The translations under genes were made by a program, and so were the position numbers. A stretch of 62,982 bases of DNA, the filler included, from Dugesia japonica (Eukaryota), in NCBI GenBank assembly GCA_001938525.1. It is 6 parts of 6 records of this genome, joined end to end, with 100 filler letters (N's around TTAATTAATTAA, not from the genome) between each part and the next. Parts side by side here need not be neighbours in the genome. Positions count along the whole stretch, not along the records: positions 38,972 to 53,939 come from MQRL01496897.1; positions 54,040 to 62,982 come from MQRL01607103.1; 4 more parts are not named here. One strand, written 5' to 3'. Of this stretch, positions 52,740 through 62,982 are shown in pieces; the first letter of the stretch is position 1; the number at the start of each line of letters is the position of its first letter. A model generated the notes under the pieces. The model saw only the letters and a program-made list of their open reading frames with translations. It made no database searches and was not told the DNA's origin.

Positions 52740-53850
52740 TTATATGAAATTAAAAATTCTTTCTTCAGCTGGAAATTTCACTAGTTTTTCAATATTTGGG
52801 TTCACATACAATCTTCATCATGCAAGAAAGATTAATGTTTATTTGTAAAGGTTGACGTAGAAGCCGTTTTATTTACTTTCATATAGGAAAATAATTGTTT
52901 ACATAAACATGTACTTCCAAAAATGCTTAGAAATTGAACCACAAAATATTTCATTTCTGATTATCGATCACATAAATAAGAATATCTTTTTAAGACTTCT
53001 AATTCTCGAAATTTGTTTTTAAAGATGAATTTTTTGTTAATCAATTAGTTCCAGTTTCATTGATTTAGGAGCCTTTTTGACTTCAAGGGAAAAAAGTTCA
53101 ATGAAAAGTTAAAAAAATTCATCAAACTTCCTAAAATCTTTGAAATGTTTCTCGAATTTGATTTTTTAACATTCAATTTTACCAGCAGTATTGTGAAAAA
53201 GAGTAACCTTGGCTTTTAACATTAAATTATTCGCGTGTGAGAAAATGCGTCAATTCATTTTTATTCAAGTGACCTTTAAACATATCTTGTTTTGTTGCAA
53301 TGCATGTTTGTAATTAATTCAGTTTTTTCATATAGTATATTAAATTTGTTAGAAAAGCTAGATCTTTTACCCACAGTAGATCTTTCATAATTAATATGTT
53401 CTCATTGCTGCCACCTTTCATTTCAAGAAACAATTTTATTTCATCAAAAAGCAAACCAAAACTCTTTAAAACTTTGTGGCTAGACAACCAAAGATTTGCA
53501 AAGTAATGAGAAACATCTTCAAACTCAGTTTCTATATCTTTAAGAAACGAAGGAAATTGAAGAAAATTAAGTGCTCATGATCGAAGAAAGTAGATTACCT
53601 TTGTAACAAATTTAAGAACACGGTTCATTTTTAATAATTTCCAACAAAGCACTTGTTGATGTTAAAAGCAATGGAAAGCTTTNNNNNNNNNNNNNNNNNN
53701 NNNNNNNNNNNNNNNNNNNNNNNNNNNNNNNNNNNNAAATCCTTTAATTTCAGCCGTCATAGACATAAAACCATCTGTTGTTACCGAAATTTAATTGACT
53801 TGTACAAAAAATATTAGAACTATTCTTCGAGTATTTAAAAAGATTGAAGC
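52740..53850 (-). mobile_element. Decayed hAT transposase (Buster/GTF2IRD2/SPIN-like)
   Basis: ALNFLQFPSFLKDIETEFEDV.HY..LWLSSHKVLKSF..LFDEIKLFLEMK matches the RWLS region; C-terminal FSYMKVNK dimerisation-like motif. Confidence 0.7.
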
Positions 53851-54039
53851 GAAGATTTTTAACTTAATTTTTGTTGGTGGCCAAATATTTTACGGCTTAT
53901 TTATTTTTTGAAAACTACTCATGGGCCATAGAAAACACGNNNNNNNNNNNNNNNNNNNNNNNNNNNNNNNNNNNNNNNNNNNNTTAATTAATTAANNNNN
54001 NNNNNNNNNNNNNNNNNNNNNNNNNNNNNNNNNNNNNNN

Positions 54040-55040
54040 AATGAACTTCTAAATTTTTCCAATTTATTAAATACAAATTTATAAACTCCCTCGACCTTTA
54101 ATAATGTTGCATTATTATTGCTTAGTTCTTTAATAGCAACTTCCATAGAGCTAGAATATCAAATTTTTAATTTACTTTCATAAACCATATCTAAATTTAT
54201 ATCCGCAAATGTTTTATTATCACGGTCAGCTACTCGTAAAAATCGTTTTATCATGACAATCATCGACTTCCACCGAATTTTATAAATACAACAATGGCTT
54301 TAGTTTCTTTTTCTCCTGTTTAAAAATATTTTCTTGTAAAATTGAATTTTTTACGGGTGATATTTTGAAGATTCTTATAATTTTTCGAGTTTTTTGTAGT
54401 ACAGTTCAGATATTATTTTACATCAAATAGTTTTCTTCCTTGACTACTTCAACGTTATGAGATAGTAGTACATTTTGCATTGTTTATTCCAAATTATTTT
54501 AGCCATGTCTTCGTCTGAATTGTCGATACTATCAAGACTGTCTTCATCACTATAATTTTCTTCTTGCTGACAATGCCGAGAAATATCTTTCTTCTGATAT
54601 AGACAATCTATTACTGCCAAATGCAATGCATGATTGAAGCGAAGTTGATTAATNNNNNNNNNNNNNNNNNNNNNNNNNNNNNNNNNNNNNNNNNNNNNNN
54701 NNNNNNNNNNNNNNNNNNNNNNNNNNNNNNNNNACACAATCAGTCCACTCGTCGACTGTGATAGAAAATAATCGATTCTCCTTGCAGTTTTGAAAAGTAA
54801 TTCAAAGCTTGTCATGTTTTTCGTAAAATTGGATAATTTTTGATGCTATCGTCGTAAAACTTTTGAGCATCATGTACCCTTTAGATTTCACGAAGCCCTC
54901 GATAGCTTTTGATTTTGTCTTAGTCATATCATACATACCATCAATTGCAGGGACTCTTAATAAAATTTCCTGCAACGATTCTTTCTTCATAAAATTCAAA
55001 ATTGTGCTGGTTGTCGGTTTTTCAATTTTGTTTTTTCGAT
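54040..55040 (-). mobile_element. Decayed hAT (Ac/hobo-like) transposase
   Basis: SITVDEWT (first catalytic Asp), NHALHLAVIDCLY (CxxH region), IRWKSMIVMIKRF (TRWNS-like). Confidence 0.75.
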
Positions 55041-55265
55041 AATTCTCTATTCACAATTTTATTTAGAGAAACATTATGAGATTTTAGAGGATTTATCATA
55101 GGAGTCGTTGAGGATCCTTTGCATCCAATAATTTTGCCACATTTATTACACACCACTGACTTCAAATTATGGACATCGCTAAAACTTTATACAAAATTAT
55201 TAAAATTATTGAAATTATTGAAATTATTAAAATTATTAAAGTTTTAAACAAAATTATTAAAATTA

Positions 55266-56330
55266 TTGAAATTATTATTTGAAGAAAATTTGAAGAAAAG
55301 ATTAAATTTACGATTGTGTAATTCCATGAAAAAATTATTAACAGATCCATTAAAAGCCGGATTCAGAAAATTGATAAAACTTGCAGATGTTCTAATAACT
55401 ATATTACTGAATAAAGAATCAGTTTGTTTAGATCAACCAAACTACATCGGACAGACTGTACTGGACCTTTCAAAGTTGCGTATGTAACAACTGCAATACA
55501 TTGAGTTAGAAAAATACAGGAAAGAAGAATATTGTCAAAAAAATATTGTAGCCGGCGATACGGAGAATTTTTTCTTGGAAATTATGGATATAAATTTGGA
55601 AAAACTAACCGGTTTAATGGTAAAGGATCAGCTAATAGACACTTCAAATTATAATCTAAATCATTGCATTAACAGCAATCAATTAAATTCTGTTATTGGT
55701 AAATTTAAAAATGAAAGTAAAAGGAGTTAGTATAAGGAGTGGATTTTCTTGAGGCCGAAGTGTTACAACCTATTAAATGAAAAAACCACAATGAAAACAA
55801 AAGATTTAAAAATGAAAATAGAGTTATCAATCATCAAACATTTTTTGACTGTAATACAAGTACCGGTCTCTGTGGAGCAATTTAGAATCGCATCAGAAAA
55901 CCACCAATTATANNNNNNNNNNNNNNNNNNNNNNNNNNNNNNNNNNNNNNNNNNNNNNNNNNAAATTATAATGTAAATCATTGCCTTAACAGCAATCATT
56001 TAAATTCTGTTATCGGTAAATTTAAAAATGAAAGTAAAGGGAGTTAGTATAAGGAATGGATTTTCTTGAGACCGAAGTTTTATAACCTTTTAAATGAAAA
56101 AACCACAATGAAAACAAAAGATATAAAAATGAAAATAGAGTTATCAATCATCAAGCATTTTTTGACTGTAATACAAGTACCGGTCTCTGTGGAGCAATTT
56201 AGAATCGCATCAGAAAACCACCAATTATACAGTATAAAAATAAGAAAGTTGCACTCAGTAACAACGACGATAAGAGAGTGTGGACAAGTAAAAATACTAG
56301 TGTTCCATACGGACATTACACAATAAGTAA
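55266..56330 (+). pseudogene. C-terminal remnant of a protein-primed family B DNA polymerase (Polinton pPolB)
   Basis: LDQPNYIGQTVLDLSKLRM, AGDTENFF (YxDTDS-like), DTSNY, VIGKFKNES, LRPKCY. About 55660-55912 is duplicated across the gap. Confidence 0.85.
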
Positions 56331-57699
56331 TACAAAATAAGAACAATCTAATATCCTTTCTCAAACTCAATGAAAACCGATGAAAAAAATCAATACATTT
56401 CGGGAGGTAAATTTTATATTATTAATTTATTATGAAAACGTTTTTCCAAATTTAGATATCAATATAAATATAAAAAAGAAAACTCCAGAAATTTATATGA
56501 AAAAATTGCAACCTGATAAAATAAATTATTTTATTTTGTTAATATTTAAAAATAAATTACTTAGTTAAATGTCAGTGTCAGAATCGTGAGAAGAACAGAT
56601 GAGGAGAACATATCTGATCCAAATTTTATATATTCATTTTATTTTTTAAATATTTTTAACATTCTTATTATTTAGTATGTTGTCAATGATGGAATCGAGA
56701 AAGAAGAAAAATTGTAATATAGAATCAAGATAGAATCAGACTATAAAGAAAAAAGAAATGTAAATACGCCAATATGAGAATAAATACCGGTTCTCTTTAG
56801 AACCAAAAAAAATGATTATCTCCGATGGTAAATGGGTAGTCAAATGTTTGTTATCTACAGATTGTTCGTATTTATATACTCACTGGTAATTTTATTTAAC
56901 TAATTTTTCAAAGTTATAAAATCTAATTTTTTATTCAAATAATTAGACCTATTCAAAAATATCCATAAAACGATTCAATACTAAACTGAATTTTAAATTT
57001 ATCAAACTTTCTTTTAATGCTATGTTTTGGTTCAAATTTTAATAAATTGAGTTCATTATCCTTTAAATTAACATTGGTTCAATTTAAAACATTATTTTTT
57101 AACATGAAACTTATAAATACCAAAACGTTTCCTAAGATTTTAACGATTTTTATTCTGTGATGTAAATTTATTATGAATTAAATTATTAGACATGAAAATA
57201 GCTATCTTAATACACATATAAAAGTGAAATCATTGCTTACTTCATACAGAGCTAATCTCACTATTGTCAAATTCTTGAAAATATAATTTCATCTTCTTTT
57301 TTCCAGCTCTATTGTGCTTCTTAGCATCTTTCTATGAATAAATCTCCGATCCTCATTTAACAAACATTCCGTAAGTTTCAATTTCAATAAAAATCGTGAA
57401 ATAATATGATCTTCACTGCATGTCTGTAAGAAGGATATCAATTTATTCTCGGCACAAGCTACAAATTAGTTTTGAATATCTTCTAAATATCTTCAATGCA
57501 GGTTGAAAATTGTTAGAAAAATATAAATAAAACGATGACAAATGTTTAATGAAAAGTAAAATTAAATATAAATTTACTAGAAGTCTTGGAAATTTGTCTG
57601 AAGTTTACTCTAAGTCATTAGAAAGGATCATACATTACTAGAAGTCATTAGAAATCTTTATAAGTTAAATAGCATTCATCAATAACTTTCAAAATTACA

Positions 57700-58260
57700 A
57701 AAAACGTCAATAAAAATTATCATTCATTACACTGAAATTACATTCTATCACAAAAAAATTAACTTTCAACATGTAAAAACGTTAAGTTAACACATACAAA
57801 TTATAATCCAACAAAGGAAAATTGCATTTCATCATACTAAAATTACATTCCCTCTCAAAAAATTGTAACATATTAAACTAAACATATACTCCATCACACT
57901 AAAATTTGATTCATCACATTAAAAATAAATGCCATCACACAAAATTGCATTTGATTATTGTAAAACTGTATTATATTACACAAAAATTACATTCCATCAC
58001 ATAAAAATTGCATTTCATCACACAAAACTTTAAATCAACAGGTAAAATACGGGATTCATTATAAAAGATAAACACTTCAACATGAAAAATAGTCACTTTA
58101 TTATGGGTGATTTAAGATTTTACACAAAAAATAGACGTTTCATGGTAAATACATGAGTCATCATAGAAAATATTCGATTCAATATAAAAATAAAAGACAA
58201 CAACATAGACAAGACATTAAAAATACAACTTTTATCACAGAAACTAACTCTTTGATGACA
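57700..58260. repeat. Degenerate short-period tandem repeat (AAATT[AG]CATT[CT]CATCACA core)
   Basis: The core recurs many times between 57735 and 58030. Confidence 0.5.
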
Positions 58261-60889
58261 GAATAAAAAGTATTTTACTAAATAGATTTTTATTAATACA
58301 AATTATTAACAAATAAGTGTTAAACAAGTGTCTAAACAAGTGTTACCAACCTAGAATCTGTAAAAACACTATATCCACAGTAGATAGCCCATTGAACCAA
58401 CACACCTCCCCTCCTTATGTAAAAATGATTAGATAACTTTTTCAATGTAAATAGGCGGAGCAACACATTTGTGTGTATTACGTAACAGTTGCTCGTATTT
58501 TTGAATAGTTTAACGAATTATCGAGTTTTTAGGAAAAGCGTTAATTTGTGTGTATTACATAACATCTGATCATACTTTTTACTAATTTATCGATTTATTT
58601 AAATTTTTAAATTTTTTGGACGATTTGATAAGGAAATATTTCGAGAAGGTTTATTTTTCGGTGCTTTTGAGCAATAATTTCCACTGGTTTGTCTGTTTCA
58701 GTTGAATTTTTTACGCAAATTCGTGAGAAATAAACGAATTTGTTTAAATAATTCAAATAATTAAACTTTATATAAGAATCCGGACAAAAAACCTAAATTT
58801 GAAAAGTTTTTGACAAATTTTTGTGTCGATAATTTTACACAAATCGATTTAGAATNNNNNNNNNNNNNNNNNNNNNNNNNNNNNNNNNNNNNNNNNNNNN
58901 NNNNNATGTCGTGATCATTTCTAGCCTAAAATATTTTTTTCGAAAAATATTCTTTTCTCGAATTTAATTATACACTAATCTATTTGATAGAAAATCTTTC
59001 GCTGATCATGACTGACATGATTAAAAATCACTAAATCATGTTGGGTACTGAAGAAATTAAGAAAAACAGGTGATTGTTTGAGAATTTTTGAAAATATTTC
59101 TTCTCTAATCGTAACGAAACAAGCATTATTCTATAGAGAATTTGTATAATTAATCGATTTTAATTTTTAAATAATATAAAAAAAAATTAAAATGTTAAAC
59201 TTATTGGCAATGAATATTGATAAAATTAAATATAATATGATGGAGTATAGAGTAGAGAATAGCAAAAAAAAATTTGATAGAGATATTAATTATTCAGTTT
59301 CCATGGAACCAATTAAAGTTGACTTGGCTGATATTTTACGTGAAAAACTAACGATTCATGATAAAACCATTGATCAAAGCAATAAAATGTAGTATTTTAA
59401 TAATTTTTATTTCAATAGTTAAATGCATTTATTTTTAGTGTATCAATACAAACCAGTACAATATAACCAAGCTTAAATGTGTTCTGATGCGCTACTACCC
59501 TTGTAGTGAGAACCAAACATGTTTTATGAAAAGTAAAACTATATTCCTATAGACGTTTTAATTTTGAGTTGAATGTTCTAGATATTTTTTAAAACTTATT
59601 ATTATTTTAGTTATTATTATAATTTATAATTAAGTATATAACTATAAATTATTTTGAGAACCACACAGATTTGTACAACAAATTCTTTATGAAATACGTT
59701 CAGTTTTTTATTCTAAGACAAATGGTATCAAATATGAGACAATCAATAATGACTGAGAAATCCTTGAAATAAATTTCAAGTGTTCTCATGCACTGCTGCC
59801 ATTGCAAAGAGAACCCAACATATTTTGAAAAACTTAAAATGTTATTCTTATACAGAAACCAACATATCAATTTTGATCGAAGCTTTTATTTTAATGAAGT
59901 AAAAGTTGCGTTGGAATTCCTGACTATTTTAAAGATCTGAGTCTATTCAATTATTTATGATGCTGACTGATTGTTTTTTAACAATTGTAACATTGTTCAA
60001 TTTTTGACCGATGTAAACGGTCAAAAGCATTGCTACCAGAGATGCACATACCGTAATCAAGCATAGCCTAGTTAAAACTTCGCAAGCTGATCGATAAGTT
60101 CAACTATGAACGGACTCGAATCGAATGCTTAAGAACTTGATAAATTCGCTCCGTCGGACCGTAATTGTCAGAAGAGGTAGTGTAATGGTATGGAAGAAAA
60201 ACAAATTCTGTTACTGAAACAATGTCTGAAAATAATTAATAATTATTAATAATTTATTGATTTAAACTATTAGCTTAAAAAAAATCAATTAAATAAATGT
60301 CTTTTTTATATTTTTAATCTCATAAAATCTTAAAAGTAAATTTAAAACTCATTTTTGCAACACAACAGCTGTATGCGTTCAACACACAAACAGTTTACCC
60401 CATATTTACCTTTGGCAACCTATATACCGATTTTGTAAATCAAGTCAAATCCATCATCGAAACCCAAAAATCTTAAAAAAACACACAGTATCACTTTTGT
60501 TGTTTTTTAATATATACTTACAAACACACACGCACCGTCACCCTAAAAATATACAAACACAACACCGTTACGTACCTCTACTCACCCTCTTTTATCCAAC
60601 TTGCAACACAACACCCTTTTTAACAAAAATGCGACAACTCCAAACTGTAACCCTTAGAAACCTTTTAGACTACAGTAACTTATGAATTTGTAAATATTTT
60701 CTAAATACCTTTTCAAATCGATCATCTCAACCATAACAAAAGAAAAAAGATAAAGAAATGAAAAAAGAGAAAAAAGAAAAGTAAAGCAAAACAATAAATA
60801 AAACAAAATTGTAAATATTCCGAAAAAACAAAAACAATTTAAAATTTTCGCCAAAAATCTTTACGTCTTAATTAAAACAGAAACACGGT

Positions 60890-61370
60890 TAATGTGAGTG
60901 CATGCTTGCTTCTATTCGATTGGTCAACCATCTATTTCGATTTTTGTTTCCAACAATTTCGAAAAAATAATTTTCTACACCCCCTTTTTAAATAATCAAA
61001 CTGATAAAAAAATAAGTAATCAATCACTTCGAAAATCAATAATTTGAACTTGCACTTGTCCTTGAACTGCCATTGCACATGTTCTTGAAAATCATTTTGC
61101 ACTTCCTTGCATTAAAGCTTACACTAAAAACAAGCAATAATCAATCAGATCAGAAATCAATAATCAAAAATCAATTAGATTAAAAATCACTTAATGCGCG
61201 ATAAACCATACGGTTGTATACCGAAGTCGTAATATATTTTCGCTAAGGGGAGAAGAAAGGTGAAATTTTTTTAACCAATCAAATTTCTAGATCAGTCGAA
61301 ATGAACGATTCTGATTGGTCAAAAATTTACCAATCAAATAGGTGCGGTCATGCACTCACATCTACCTACT
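60890..61370. mobile_element. Small non-autonomous element with TIRs of the AGTAGGTAGAT family and CCAAT boxes
   Basis: ATGTGAGTGCATG..CTATTCGATTGGT (60893-60925) is the inverse of ACCAATCAAATAG..CATGCACTCACATCTACCTACT (61329-61370). Confidence 0.6.
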
Positions 61371-61699
61371 TAAATTCTTGAAAATTATGATCAATGTTAT
61401 TGGAAATATAGAAACTTATTATGAATTTCCATTAACTATGGAAATAAGTAAGGATATATATTTTATTTAATGGTAGCAATGTTTTGTAATGATTTTTTTA
61501 CACGGTAATGAATATGTTTTGTAATGATTTTATTTTAAATTAACAATGTTTTTAATTCAAACTTTCATTTTCAATTAATAATTTGATTTTCAGACAATAA
61601 TTGTTTAAGTTAATGATTTGAAGTTAATGATGTGAATTATTGGAAATATAAAAACTTATAACTTATTAACTATGAAAATAAGTAATGATTTATTTTTAT

Positions 61700-62135
61700 T
61701 TAATGGTAATGGAAATACTTCATCACTCCAATTATTATTAAAATTCTTGATGAATAGTGAAGNTGATATCTTTGAGATTCTTACATGATCAGCAATTTTA
61801 TATTTAGATTTCATAATTGTTTTTGGTTCTGGTTTCAATAGCCATAATTACAATAATTGTCAGATGATACATCAAAGAGTCGTGCACAATTTAATCTTTT
61901 ATGACTTGTATGATTATAACCGTCAATTATTTTGAGTAATACATGAATCCATTTCTTATTACCAGTATGTACAAAAAGCTTTTTCAGTGCATCTCTCAAT
62001 ATTCGATTAAATCTTTCAACATATGTTGCTTTGTACAAATTAATGGTTAATGTTTAGAAAATCAATAAAATTTTGATTTTCTAATTATAAAAATCATTTC
62101 TTAGATAAGTTTGTAAACTATCTCGATGACCATCT
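61700..62135 (-). pseudogene. Polinton/Maverick retroviral-like (DDE) integrase remnant
   Basis: LQTYLRNDFYN (LQTDxGxEFYN-like), KATYVERFNRIL, KWIHVL..IIDGYNHTSH, KYKIADHVRISK..F.K....NWSDEVF. Confidence 0.88.
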
Positions 62136-62136
62136 T

Positions 62137-62460
62137 TTAACCACGGGGTGCAAGAAACCAATGAGATCAAAGGTTTTAAAGTATAATATCCAGAATATTC
62201 AATCACAATCACTTGCAGTTGTTTATAATTTAAGAACTATGATTGATTTATATGAATTATCCAAAGTAATCAAATGCGCATATGGACCGAAAATATTAAC
62301 AGAATTAAGAATTTCGAAATATGATCCAATATGTGTTAATTTATTTTCAAATGAAAATATTTTACTAGTTGGAATTAAAACATTTTATTATCAGTCTATA
62401 ACTAATGAAATATTAAAAGAATTAATTAATTTAAATAATAATTTAAATACCATAGTTTAA
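62137..62460 (+). CDS. TATA-binding-protein (TBP)-fold-like repeat, probably a degenerate, element-borne fragment
   Basis: QSLAVVYNLRTMIDLYEL..AYGPKILTELRI..PICVNLFSNENILLVGIK aligns by eye to the TBP repeat QNMVGSCDVKFPIRLEGL..YEPELFPGL..PRIVLLIFVSGKVVLTGAK. The in-frame upstream TTGCKK resembles the end of a first repeat. Confidence 0.6.
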   Translation, partial: LTTGCKKPMRSKVLKYNIQNIQSQSLAVVYNLRTMIDLYELSKVIKCAYGPKILTELRISKYDPICVNLFSNENILLVGIKTFYYQSITNEILKELINLNNNLNTIV

Positions 62461-62498
62461 ATTAAGTGATTGTAATCATTGAAAAAATTTTCAAAAAT

Positions 62499-62968
62499 GG
62501 ATGATATAATCTTGCCAGGAAAACAGAAGGAATTTTTTCAAAGAAACAGAATTACATAATGAAGATTTGGTTATTGAGGATAATGATGAATTCATGATAT
62601 CCTTAATGAAATTGCATGGAAGAACAATTATTTAAAAAATTATTTCAGAGACTAAAGATTGTTTATCGTTGAATTATGAAGATTATTTCAACAAATATAA
62701 AGTTGATGTAGCCGATAATTTAGCAAATTTATTCAATCCTGATCCATTTATTAATGCAATGGAGGAAATATTAAACAATGAAATTATACTTTATCAACAT
62801 AAATTAGAAGAAACATTACAAAGTAGTCTACGGGCCCTTATTCAAATTCAATTCTTAGATAGTTTTGTGGTTTTCAGAAGATTGGAATATATAGATCAAC
62901 TAAATTTTCATCCAGAAACGTTGGAAAATATGAAACTAAAACGAATTTATAAAATTTCAGTAAAATAA
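62499..62968 (+). pseudogene. Unknown ORF remnant downstream of the TBP-like ORF
   Basis: ATG at ~62498 (MDDIILPGKQ...), interrupted, then a 99-codon open stretch 62669-62968 with no recognised motif. Confidence 0.3.
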
Positions 62969-62982
62969 GATAAGGCTTCGAT

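Noticed and set aside
55660-56230. Tandem duplication within pPolB
   Set aside because: Near-identical copies sit on either side of an N gap. This is most likely an unmerged contig overlap or haplotype rather than biology.

Overview
AT-rich eukaryotic (animal) genomic DNA. It is probably a flatworm/planarian, inferred only from base composition and the actin C-terminus ...[10 protein letters not shown]. The window is not contiguous: five 100-nt N-TTAATTAATTAA-N spacers join six separate scaffolds (about 1-11942, 12043-21575, 21676-30427, 30528-38871, 38972-53939, 54040-62982), so adjacency across spacers is meaningless. Host genes are the terminal exon of an MRPS30/mL65-like gene, an intact intronless actin, two spliceable exons of an unknown Ser-rich gene, and a Trp-rich (WNTDSWNR)n repeat protein on the + strand that the ORF track missed and whose substitution pattern indicates protein-level selection. 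The rest is decayed mobile DNA: Ty3/Gypsy elements, piggyBac, mariner, hAT elements and MITEs, plus scattered Polinton/Maverick (adintovirus-like) genes (two different major capsid proteins, adenain protease, zinc finger-PLA2, pPolB, integrase) and a TBP-like ORF next to the integrase. Several element ends share an AGTAG(G/A)TAGAT terminus and carry different homotypic arrays of transcription-factor-like motifs (RFX, AP-1, NF-Y plus NR5A). Separate CRE/PAR-bZIP and T-box arrays also occur. All family assignments come from motif recognition by eye; no searches were run.
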